In this document: piece by piece, positions 20,032 through 27,464 of the stretch
Layout: each line of letters starts with the position of its first letter
Numbering within the stretch: position 1 is the first letter of the stretch
Sequence record: MT611523.1
DNA from: Escherichia phage DK-13
DNA length: 64,000 bases
Direction: 5' to 3' (one strand)
The notes under the pieces: model-generated
Told to the model about the DNA's origin: nothing
The model's database searches: none
The model's input: the letters and a program-made list of their open reading frames with translations, nothing else
Translations under genes and position numbers: made by a program

Positions 20032-20481
20032 TTAATAGCTCTGTAAAATGAATTTAAAGTTATCAGCAAGCATGCGATTCATTTCTGAAAGGGTCTGGCA
20101 ATCAGAACTATGTGAGCGAGTGAACGCCATCGCAATTTGACCTTTACCATAACCAGTTGTCAGAGGTTTCATTTTAGAAACTGGGACAAACAGGACTTCA
20201 TAGATAACCCCATTGTTCGCCATTGTGCGAGACAGTTGCGAACGCTGTTTGCGGATGTGACTTAATACAGTGTCAAACCCTTGTTGTGAACGTTGGTTAC
20301 CAACATAAAAACGTGCGGCAACAATACGTGATTCGCCTTCACCTTTGACCACGAAATAAAAACCTGGTTGGGTGACAGCTTCTTTAGTTGGACGCCCTGC
20401 AACATAATTGCCATTATGGATGTGAGCAACAGTGGTAGCGCCAGCATTCAGTACGTCACGACGGGTCATGTAAGTAGTCAT
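20032..20481 (-). CDS. ndd: nucleoid disruption protein Ndd
   Basis: 149 aa; ...[28 protein letters not shown]...Y.V...[39 protein letters not shown] resembles T4 Ndd. Confidence 0.88.
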   Translation of the reverse strand: MTTYMTRRDVLNAGATTVAHIHNGNYVAGRPTKEAVTQPGFYFVVKGEGESRIVAARFYVGNQRSQQGFDTVLSHIRKQRSQLSRTMANNGVIYEVLFVPVSKMKPLTTGYGKGQIAMAFTRSHSSDCQTLSEMNRMLADNFKFILQSY

Positions 20482-20520
20482 ATTAATTTCCTCAGTAAGT
20501 TAAAGTTTTGTGCTCCAGTG

Positions 20521-20556
20521 GGGGTCATTATACTCTGACCCCAAGAGTTTGTACAC
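20521..20556 (-). promoter_or_regulatory. sigma70-like early promoter with stem-loop (PeSL-like)
   Basis: minus strand GTGTACAAACTCTTGGGGTCAGAGTATAATGACCCC: -35-like, TATAAT, inverted repeat GGGGTCA/TGACCCC flanking the -10. Confidence 0.45.
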
Positions 20557-20900
20557 TATTTTTGAAGTTGTTCTAAAATAAATCCGCTGGTGTAAAGGCT
20601 TGCATTATACAGGCGGTCAAGAGACAACGAATCCAATCCATAAGCTTCGCGAATTGCATTGATAACACTCTCATAACTTGTATAATAAACATCACGATAA
20701 TCGCGGTCCATAGTCATGCGGAACTTAATAAATTTGTAGAAACCAGTTTCAGGGTCCTGATAGAATGCAAATTCTGCAGACATCAAATTTTTAAGGTTAA
20801 CAGCTTTTGTACCACCTGAATAACTTAAATCAAATGCTTCTGATATGCTAATCTGTTTAAAGAACATAATGTTGCGATTACCAAAAAATACTTTAGACAT
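20556..20900 (-). CDS. hypothetical protein (114 aa)
   Basis: ATG ORF with SD; flanked by promoter cassettes. Confidence 0.5.
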   Translation of the reverse strand: MSKVFFGNRNIMFFKQISISEAFDLSYSGGTKAVNLKNLMSAEFAFYQDPETGFYKFIKFRMTMDRDYRDVYYTSYESVINAIREAYGLDSLSLDRLYNASLYTSGFILEQLQK

Positions 20901-20932
20901 AATATTTTCCTCAATTAAATTTTATTATCCAC

Positions 20933-20968
20933 GGGAACATTATACTCTGCTCCCAAGAGTTTGTACAC
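20933..20968 (-). promoter_or_regulatory. sigma70-like early promoter with stem-loop (PeSL-like)
   Basis: near-identical copy of the 20521-20556 cassette (GTGTACAAACTCTTGGGAGCAGAGTATAATG). Confidence 0.45.
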
Positions 20969-21213
20969 TATTCTACATCTACTGCGCCATCCCACAAGTC
21001 AACTTCTTCTGATGATTCCATCAGTTCATCAACTGTGAAGCACTCAGTATTATTTTCAATTGCAAAACGCTTCTGATAAAAAGGATAATCCAAACAGTTT
21101 TCAGTGCGCACGGGGCGTTCACTGTTATCCATTAAAGGCGAAATGCGAATCAGTTGTTGACCATTACCCAGGACAAATTTTTCACCAACTGCAATGTCTT
21201 TAAAAAGTTTCAT
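20968..21213 (-). CDS. hypothetical protein (81 aa)
   Basis: ATG ORF; no recognisable domain. Confidence 0.45.
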   Translation of the reverse strand: MKLFKDIAVGEKFVLGNGQQLIRISPLMDNSERPVRTENCLDYPFYQKRFAIENNTECFTVDELMESSEEVDLWDGAVDVE

Positions 21214-21416
21214 TGCTTAGCTCCATTCCAAATTACATCAACAACAGACTTCAAACCATTATCCTGGATTTGTGTGAATACTTCAGCAGCAATCCAGAGC
21301 TGGAAACCAATCATTGCAATGGCACCAATGAAAATCAGGATAATCATTGCCACAATAAACTTGAACATAAAGTCAAAGCGACGATTGGATTTCTGAAAGT
21401 GTGAATTGTAATTCAT
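21210..21416 (-). CDS. small membrane protein (68 aa)
   Basis: track ORF 21210..21464; start moved to ATG 21416 with GAGGATAA SD; one predicted TM segment. Confidence 0.45.
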   Translation of the reverse strand: MNYNSHFQKSNRRFDFMFKFIVAMIILIFIGAIAMIGFQLWIAAEVFTQIQDNGLKSVVDVIWNGAKQ

Positions 21417-21426
21417 AATATTATCC

Positions 21427-21543
21427 TCAAAAGAAATAGTTAAAGTAAACACGCACATGGTCAATCATAAAAACAATTGGGAAAATGCTCAGGACAACAA
21501 ACAGTACAAACATGTTCCAAATGGCTTTAAGTAACTTTTTCAT
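21427..21543 (-). CDS. small hydrophobic peptide (38 aa)
   Basis: manual translation MKKLLKAIWNMFVLFVVLSIFPIVFMIDHVRVYFNYFF; preceded by the conserved leader and SD. Confidence 0.3.
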   Translation of the reverse strand: MKKLLKAIWNMFVLFVVLSIFPIVFMIDHVRVYFNYFF

Positions 21544-21688
21544 AATCATCTCCAGTAGTTGATAGGTTCATTATACTACAACCACTGGAGATGTATACTC
21601 TTTTATGCAAGTTTCATTAATAATAAACTAAAACAAACGCAAATTACTGGGATACACAATATCCAGATAAGACACCAGGTTTTGCTGC

Positions 21689-21955
21689 TCAAAATATCAC
21701 CTCTTTGATTTCAATCAGACCACGGTGCAATGCAGTGCGAAGGTCATAAAGAATATCTATGCCATCAACATTATCCAGTTTTCCATCAATAAGCTTTTTT
21801 AAATCACGCTTTGATGCAACTAGCGGGCGAAGAAATTTACATTCAGAAAGAGACAACTCTGTAGTAACATCATCACCATCACCTGACGCATCATACATGG
21901 CGGCAACAACCATACCTGTAACTTTGTGCTTGGCGTAATATAATTTGATATCCAT
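21689..21955 (-). CDS. hypothetical protein (88 aa)
   Basis: ATG ORF preceded by promoter cassette. Confidence 0.5.
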   Translation of the reverse strand: MDIKLYYAKHKVTGMVVAAMYDASGDGDDVTTELSLSECKFLRPLVASKRDLKKLIDGKLDNVDGIDILYDLRTALHRGLIEIKEVIF

Positions 21956-21984
21956 TTTGTTTCTCCAGTTTGGTAACTCAGTAT

Positions 21985-22020
21985 GGAATCATTATACATA
22001 GACTCCATACTGATGTACAC
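21985..22020 (-). promoter_or_regulatory. sigma70-like early promoter
   Basis: minus strand GTGTACAT (-35-like), 17 nt spacer, TATAAT, leader GATTCCATACTGAGTTAC. Confidence 0.45.
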
Positions 22021-22030
22021 TACTTTTTAA

Positions 22031-22306
22031 TTAATTTTGCATTTGTTCTTTAACTTCTTTATATGCGCCAACTGCATTCACGACCCCAGTAAAATCTGCA
22101 GTCCCACGATAGAGATAGAAAGCAATTTCAGTCAGGTGGTAGACTTCAAATTCTGAAAGATAAACGATAACGTCATAATATGCAACTTGACCCTGGACTT
22201 CGTTGAATACCACATCAAAAATTTCATGGGTTGGAAAATTGATGTTGTTGTTTTTGAGTGCTTGGATAAGAATTTGTTTGATGTTGTGAGTAGTAACGTG
22301 TTCCAT
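22031..22306 (-). CDS. hypothetical protein (91 aa)
   Basis: track ORF 22031..22396; start moved to ATG 22306 with GAGGA SD; SD lies inside an 11-bp perfect inverted repeat. Confidence 0.45.
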   Translation of the reverse strand: MEHVTTHNIKQILIQALKNNNINFPTHEIFDVVFNEVQGQVAYYDVIVYLSEFEVYHLTEIAFYLYRGTADFTGVVNAVGAYKEVKEQMQN

Positions 22307-22353
22307 GATAATGTCCTCATTTGTTGGTATGAGGACATTATTACACAGTTGGT

Positions 22354-22947
22354 TCAGCTTGTAAACCGGTGATAGGGAAATTTTTCTTCTGAACAAGAAC
22401 GGAGGTACCAGCCATCCCCTTGTGACTTCTGCACAAGACCAGACTCAGGAACGAAAGCACCAGGCCCAGCAAGGAATTTTGGTTTAAATCTATAACCTTT
22501 GAGAGTCTCTTTTACATCGAGCATAATCATAAGGTCAGCAAGTTTGTGTTGCATAAAGGGACCAAGATTAACCCCGTAACCATGTGGATAATCGCCCTGG
22601 TGACCAGTATGCACGGATATCCATTTGGAACCAGACTGGTGGGTCTTGACTTCGATTCTTACCCCTTCCTTCGAAACTACATCAAATGCAAAGGAATAAG
22701 GATTATCGTAATCTTCATCACCGCCACATAAAAAACCGGAGGTCCATTTGGCAATAGCTTGTTCAGCCATTGTGGCCACCATACATCTTTGCATGACTTG
22801 CTCACGGTCCTGACCTGGGTCTTTACGCAATGAATACCGGGCAGTGTCTACAATCTTTTGCAGGGATTCGGGGGTTAAGTCTTCCTTTGTATAAAGGAAG
22901 GAGGGCATCTTTTTCAGATGCTCCCATGTTTTACTCTTCTGAATCAT
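22354..22947 (-). CDS. denB: DenB-like endonuclease (start uncertain)
   Basis: track ORF 22354..23031; start moved to ATG 22947 with AAGGA SD just after upstream stop; first ORF downstream of rIIB region as denB in T4; possible D-x(n)-E-V-K nuclease motif (AFDVVSKEGVRIEVK). Confidence 0.4.
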   Translation of the reverse strand: MIQKSKTWEHLKKMPSFLYTKEDLTPESLQKIVDTARYSLRKDPGQDREQVMQRCMVATMAEQAIAKWTSGFLCGGDEDYDNPYSFAFDVVSKEGVRIEVKTHQSGSKWISVHTGHQGDYPHGYGVNLGPFMQHKLADLMIMLDVKETLKGYRFKPKFLAGPGAFVPESGLVQKSQGDGWYLRSCSEEKFPYHRFTS

Positions 22948-22951
22948 CAGC

Positions 22952-23272
22952 TCATCCTTTAAAATACATATCGGATTTTTCGACAATATCCAAAGAATTT
23001 TGCTCAGCTTGCTCTTGATAATCACTGCCAATATAAACTTTGTCTACATGAACGACGCCATAATAAATTCTGGCACTTTCGGCTAGAGTAGAATGGTCCA
23101 GACTACGAAGTTCTTCTTTCGTTGCAAGAATGATGTCTCTCGCATATAACCGGCCAGTTGACTTTGTAGAAGCATAATGACAATCAACACAATAAACAAT
23201 ATCCGCAACATGATTACCATGCAACCGAATTTCATTAATAGATTCATCGCCAACGTTCATATAGTTAATCAT
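22952..23272 (-). CDS. hypothetical protein (106 aa) with Cys/His cluster
   Basis: ATG ORF; HGNHVADIVYCVDCH could be a small metal-binding site; not in T4 at this position to my knowledge. Confidence 0.45.
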   Translation of the reverse strand: MINYMNVGDESINEIRLHGNHVADIVYCVDCHYASTKSTGRLYARDIILATKEELRSLDHSTLAESARIYYGVVHVDKVYIGSDYQEQAEQNSLDIVEKSDMYFKG

Positions 23273-23275
23273 AAT

Positions 23276-23473
23276 TTATTCACCAAAATAAGAGATACGA
23301 GTTGCCAGAATATGAGCATATGCGCCCATCGCATCTAACTGGGCAATCAAAAGACCTTGTTGACGAGCATCGAGAGTTTCAAAAACACCACCCTTAATAA
23401 ATTCTTCAAGAGCATTGATTTTCAAAACCAGCTGGTCATGTTCTTCAACTACACGTGCTTGGAAACCTAACAT
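23276..23473 (-). CDS. hypothetical protein (65 aa)
   Basis: ATG ORF immediately preceded by a GGGGC-UUCG-GCCCC hairpin. Confidence 0.4.
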   Translation of the reverse strand: MLGFQARVVEEHDQLVLKINALEEFIKGGVFETLDARQQGLLIAQLDAMGAYAHILATRISYFGE

Positions 23474-23506
23474 AAAGCCTCATTAGGGGCCGAAGCCCCG
23501 ATTAAT

Positions 23507-24481
23507 TTAGAATTGTTCAGTTACATCGTCAAGGACTAAGTAACCACAGACCCGCATTTTGGAATCATTATAATCCACCGGGATACTTACAACATCACGC
23601 GGGTGAACTTTACAGGATACGATGCGTCCATCACCATGACCAAAACCACTTCCGATATAACCTTTAGAGCAAACATGCAGCCCGGTTGAACAGGTCTGTT
23701 CGTCATTATCGTTCACACGAGAGCGCGGCATTTTAACATATTGGCCAGGGCTGTTGTCGAATGTATTTGAGTGACAATCTTTGTAAGTTGCACGAACCAT
23801 TTTCCATGTGATGAAATGACCGTCTTCGGTGATTTCAATATCGTTCGCAACCAGGAAGTCAAACAAACGCTGTACAGCTTTTTCACTCGGGTTCTCAAGG
23901 AGATTCTCAAGGAACGGCAGATAGAATTCAAAGTCTTCGCCATTTTGCATTGAATCAATGATACGAGTAACCAGGCCGGAGCGCAGTTCAATTCCCTGAT
24001 AGAACAAACTACCACCTTCAATACGCACATCACCTTTCACATATTTTTGTACTGCAGCTTTGATTGAGATAAACTCGATAGCATCATCAAAACGAGATTC
24101 TTTGAGTGCCTGAATAATATCATCAAAGTGTTTATGGTCTTTTGTTGCGTTCCAGACTGTACGACCTTCAGTGATGGAAACGAATTTGCTTGATGCGTTC
24201 CATACGATTTCTGGACGGCTACCGCCGATTGTATCTTCAACAACCGGGACTTCAACCGTTACTGTCACCGGAGCATTAATCGCCACCCCGACAGCGGCTT
24301 TCAATGATGCAGAAATGGTTTTAGATAATTTTGATTCTTTATCATTTTTCAAAACACGGCGAATGGTGTCAACCGATACACCGAAATTATCTGCTAGTTC
24401 CTGTTGGGTATAATTACCAGTTTTATAAAGAGAAACTACCTGGTTTTGGTCAAATTTGGATAAAGCTTTAATATTAAACAT
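23507..24481 (-). CDS. rIIB: rIIB protein
   Basis: 324 aa; N-terminus M.NIK.L.K..Q..VV.LY..GNYTQQELAD..GVSVDTIRRVLKN resembles T4 rIIB; directly downstream of rIIA. Confidence 0.93.
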   Translation of the reverse strand: MFNIKALSKFDQNQVVSLYKTGNYTQQELADNFGVSVDTIRRVLKNDKESKLSKTISASLKAAVGVAINAPVTVTVEVPVVEDTIGGSRPEIVWNASSKFVSITEGRTVWNATKDHKHFDDIIQALKESRFDDAIEFISIKAAVQKYVKGDVRIEGGSLFYQGIELRSGLVTRIIDSMQNGEDFEFYLPFLENLLENPSEKAVQRLFDFLVANDIEITEDGHFITWKMVRATYKDCHSNTFDNSPGQYVKMPRSRVNDNDEQTCSTGLHVCSKGYIGSGFGHGDGRIVSCKVHPRDVVSIPVDYNDSKMRVCGYLVLDDVTEQF

Positions 24482-24482
24482 A

Positions 24483-26717
24483 TTATTCCTTATTGGCCGC
24501 TTCCACGGCCTTCATGATTTGAGCAACGTTCTGTACTTGTTCAGTTGACATGGCGTTACGGTTATATAAAAAGTGTGAAACAATCGGGTGATTCTTTTCA
24601 AATTCAAAAACCATTTTATCGCTTGTTACCGAAGCGTTTTTGGTCAGGTCGTCATAAATCTTATTACAAAGGACCAGAGTTTCCTGCATGGTCTTATCAA
24701 CTGTTCCACTGTTATATGCATTATAAGCAAAGAACTTATTGAACTGCATTAGTTCAGCATAGTCAGTGTTCACATCTTTCTGAACATCTTTCGCATAAAA
24801 ATACTTGAACATAAAATTCAGTTCTGCATATTCAGACAGGATAGGAATATAATAACGCGAACGGCTTGAAGCGGCAATGTACTGGTCCGCATCAACTGAA
24901 TCAATCAATTCCACATAACCATTGACTGCAGCTTCAATCAGACAATCACACTGCGCCAGCTTGGTAACCTTTTTCTGAAGCTGTGGACGAATAACACAGA
25001 ATTCATTGATTTCCAACAGGTTTGCCAGTTTACACAATGTCTGGGTCCCGAAGGTCGTGGTGCCATATTCTTGATTCAACGGGGAAATGCTGCTGCGGTT
25101 AATGAATACAGCATAACCATCGATTTCCTCTGCATCAGCAGCACACGTAAATTCTTCAACAGCCTGCCATCGACCATTGGTTTTAGTCCAACGAATCACC
25201 GATGGAGTCTTTGACTTAACACGCTCTTTCGGGTCCGCAACCGGAATCCAGTCTTTTACAAGGGCGGTCAGTTCAGACGTACGATAGATATTAACTGTAT
25301 CGCCTTTAAATCGTTCTTGAAGTTGAACCATCAGACGTGTTTGAATTTCGCTGGTTGGGTCAACGAACAATAGACTACTACCCTGCACAGTCGGAACTTT
25401 ACCAGATGCTTTGAGCTTTTTGGCTTTCGCGCTGGTGTCATACAGCATTGAACTGATACCACGAATCATCGCAATTCGCCCTTTAGCATCGTCAATAACA
25501 ATATTCAAGGTATCATTATGAATACCAAACATGCTTGTCAGGCTTGCAGTATTCGTGTTCGAGCTTGAGTTACGCAGACGTTTCAGACGGGTGGTGCTAT
25601 AGATATCATAGACAACCCCGGCATTAATAAGGTCTTTGTCCAGCTCGAACATTTCGTACATCTGGTTAAAAGTCAATTGTGATTTTGTAAATTTCGTTTC
25701 AGCATTACGAGCTTTCAGAAAATTACGAGCTTCATAACTCAGACTCTGCAATTCGCGATACGTATGGCGGATACATTCTGATTCCTGCCATTTCTTACAA
25801 TCATCTTCCATGACCTTCTTATCAAGCGATTCAATACGTTCAACGATATTTGCGACCGTACGTTTGTCCAGTGATAATGCTTCGCGAGAAGGTGCAATAT
25901 CCAACGAACCCATCGGGAACTTAATAAAGACAACATCATTTTTGGCAGTCATCCAGGTTTTCTTTGTATAACCATCACCAATCGGATAAACAATACCGCC
26001 GTAAATTGCATAAAGTCCATAACGTTCTGGGCTGCTATAATCAATACGCGCTGGAGCATAATAATCATCAAATTCTGGGAAGTAATTAATTTCGCCTACG
26101 CCTTGCACTTCAGCCAGTCCAGCAAATGGACGCATGATATACGCAATCTCGTAGCGGAACTTACCAAAATCATTACTATCAACCGGGACAACAACTTCAA
26201 TCCCTGTGCGGTCACCAGGTTTCATTGGTTCGCTAAAGGTTGGCTTAATCTGTGGACCATCGCCGTCCATATAAGCGACATATCCATTAACTTGACCATC
26301 ATGATATGAAATCAGGCTAAACGTCTCGGTATAACTGAACGGAGATTTAGAACCCAGACCAAAGCCACCAATAAAATCATTGGATTCAGCCTTGGATGAT
26401 GCAAAGAAACTGTTATACAGACCTGGAGTGTTTTCATCACCACGAATCTGGAAATCACTCATACCTGGACCAAAGTCACGACACACAAAACGTGGGTCCA
26501 GTTCACCAGGAGCTTGAACAATGAATTTATCCTGACAGCCATTGAGCATATGAGCATCAATCATATTGGTAATCAACTCACGAACAACTGCACGCACCTT
26601 ATTTGTGTAAAGGTCGCTGGTCAGAATCTTAAACACCTTTGGAGATGCCTGGATTGTGAATGCTGATGCCTTGGCACCATTACCAAGGATTGTTTCCTTT
26701 TCAGTTTCTAAAATCAT
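24483..26717 (-). CDS. rIIA: rIIA protein
   Basis: 744 aa; N-terminus MI..TEKETILGNG.K...F.I.ASPKVFKIL.SDLYTNK.RAVVRELITNMIDAH.LNG (GHKL-like ATPase region) resembles T4 rIIA. Confidence 0.93.
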   Translation of the reverse strand: MILETEKETILGNGAKASAFTIQASPKVFKILTSDLYTNKVRAVVRELITNMIDAHMLNGCQDKFIVQAPGELDPRFVCRDFGPGMSDFQIRGDENTPGLYNSFFASSKAESNDFIGGFGLGSKSPFSYTETFSLISYHDGQVNGYVAYMDGDGPQIKPTFSEPMKPGDRTGIEVVVPVDSNDFGKFRYEIAYIMRPFAGLAEVQGVGEINYFPEFDDYYAPARIDYSSPERYGLYAIYGGIVYPIGDGYTKKTWMTAKNDVVFIKFPMGSLDIAPSREALSLDKRTVANIVERIESLDKKVMEDDCKKWQESECIRHTYRELQSLSYEARNFLKARNAETKFTKSQLTFNQMYEMFELDKDLINAGVVYDIYSTTRLKRLRNSSSNTNTASLTSMFGIHNDTLNIVIDDAKGRIAMIRGISSMLYDTSAKAKKLKASGKVPTVQGSSLLFVDPTSEIQTRLMVQLQERFKGDTVNIYRTSELTALVKDWIPVADPKERVKSKTPSVIRWTKTNGRWQAVEEFTCAADAEEIDGYAVFINRSSISPLNQEYGTTTFGTQTLCKLANLLEINEFCVIRPQLQKKVTKLAQCDCLIEAAVNGYVELIDSVDADQYIAASSRSRYYIPILSEYAELNFMFKYFYAKDVQKDVNTDYAELMQFNKFFAYNAYNSGTVDKTMQETLVLCNKIYDDLTKNASVTSDKMVFEFEKNHPIVSHFLYNRNAMSTEQVQNVAQIMKAVEAANKE

Positions 26718-26724
26718 GTTTTTC

Positions 26725-26928
26725 TCACTTTATGTTACGTTTGATTAATTCTGCAACTTCAAGAAGTTCATCCTTTGTTGCGGTGTCTGAAGCTATTTTA
26801 ATACGGATTTCTTTGAAGCGTTCTTTAAACTCTTCAGCTTCTCTTATATCAAAAAATCGTTGGATAACACGGTATTCTTTATGGACGGCTTTATCAAACA
26901 GTTCCATATTCACTTTGAAGTTCGTCAT
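26725..26928 (-). CDS. hypothetical protein (67 aa)
   Basis: track start 26934 is TTG; ATG at 26928 has GGAG SD; position corresponds to T4 rIIA.1-type ORF. Confidence 0.4.
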   Translation of the reverse strand: MTNFKVNMELFDKAVHKEYRVIQRFFDIREAEEFKERFKEIRIKIASDTATKDELLEVAELIKRNIK

Positions 26929-27193
26929 TTCCAATCTCCTGCAATATTTTTCTCATACTACGCATGGTAGCTTTATGTTCTTGGTCATGGTATATCAATG
27001 CAAGGAGTGCTTCAATTCGCTCCTCAGGGACCTTCTGGCCAGCCTTAATGCTCATGGCTGTTGCTCTTACAGCCAACAAGTAACTTCGCTTCCTGTCGCT
27101 ATCTGGGAGCTCCTGTACCTTCCTCAGGCCTGCTTCCATAATACAACGAGCAACATTCTGCAGATTAACTAAACTTCCATCAGACATAATCAT
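26894..27193 (-). CDS. hypothetical protein (99 aa)
   Basis: ATG ORF between gene 39 region and rIIA. Confidence 0.45.
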   Translation of the reverse strand: MIMSDGSLVNLQNVARCIMEAGLRKVQELPDSDRKRSYLLAVRATAMSIKAGQKVPEERIEALLALIYHDQEHKATMRSMRKILQEIGNDELQSEYGTV

Positions 27194-27241
27194 ATTTTCA
27201 CCTCAAAGACATCTTAACGCAATTTTTATGGCTTGTACATA

Positions 27242-27265
27242 ATAAAAAAGGACCCGAAGGTCCTT
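27242..27265 (-). terminator. rho-independent terminator
   Basis: minus strand AAGGACC-UUCG-GGUCCUU followed by UUUUAUU. Confidence 0.55.
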
Positions 27266-27269
27266 TTGG

Positions 27270-27422
27270 CTACTCAACTTTATAGACTTGCCCATACGCG
27301 GTATAGTATTCACCATCCCAGGTCTCGCACATAATGGTGACAAAGGATGCAAACAGGGGTTTAGTATCGGCCCACAGATAACCGTATTCGCCATTTGACA
27401 ACGTAACCCACCACTTTTTCAT
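27270..27422 (-). CDS. small hypothetical protein (50 aa)
   Basis: manual translation MKKWWVTLSNGEYGYLWADTKPLFASFVTIMCETWDGEYYTAYGQVYKVE; AGGAGA SD 6 nt upstream; ends just before the terminator. Confidence 0.4.
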   Translation of the reverse strand: MKKWWVTLSNGEYGYLWADTKPLFASFVTIMCETWDGEYYTAYGQVYKVE

Positions 27423-27464
27423 GGACTTCTCCTATAAGACGGGAGAATATTCTCCCACATCTAT

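Noticed and set aside
27203-27394. 63-aa minus-strand ORF from the six-frame track
   Set aside because: Runs through the C(UUCG)G terminator hairpin and has no SD; a 50-aa ORF in another frame (27270..27422) has an AGGAGA SD and ends before the terminator, so that frame was preferred.
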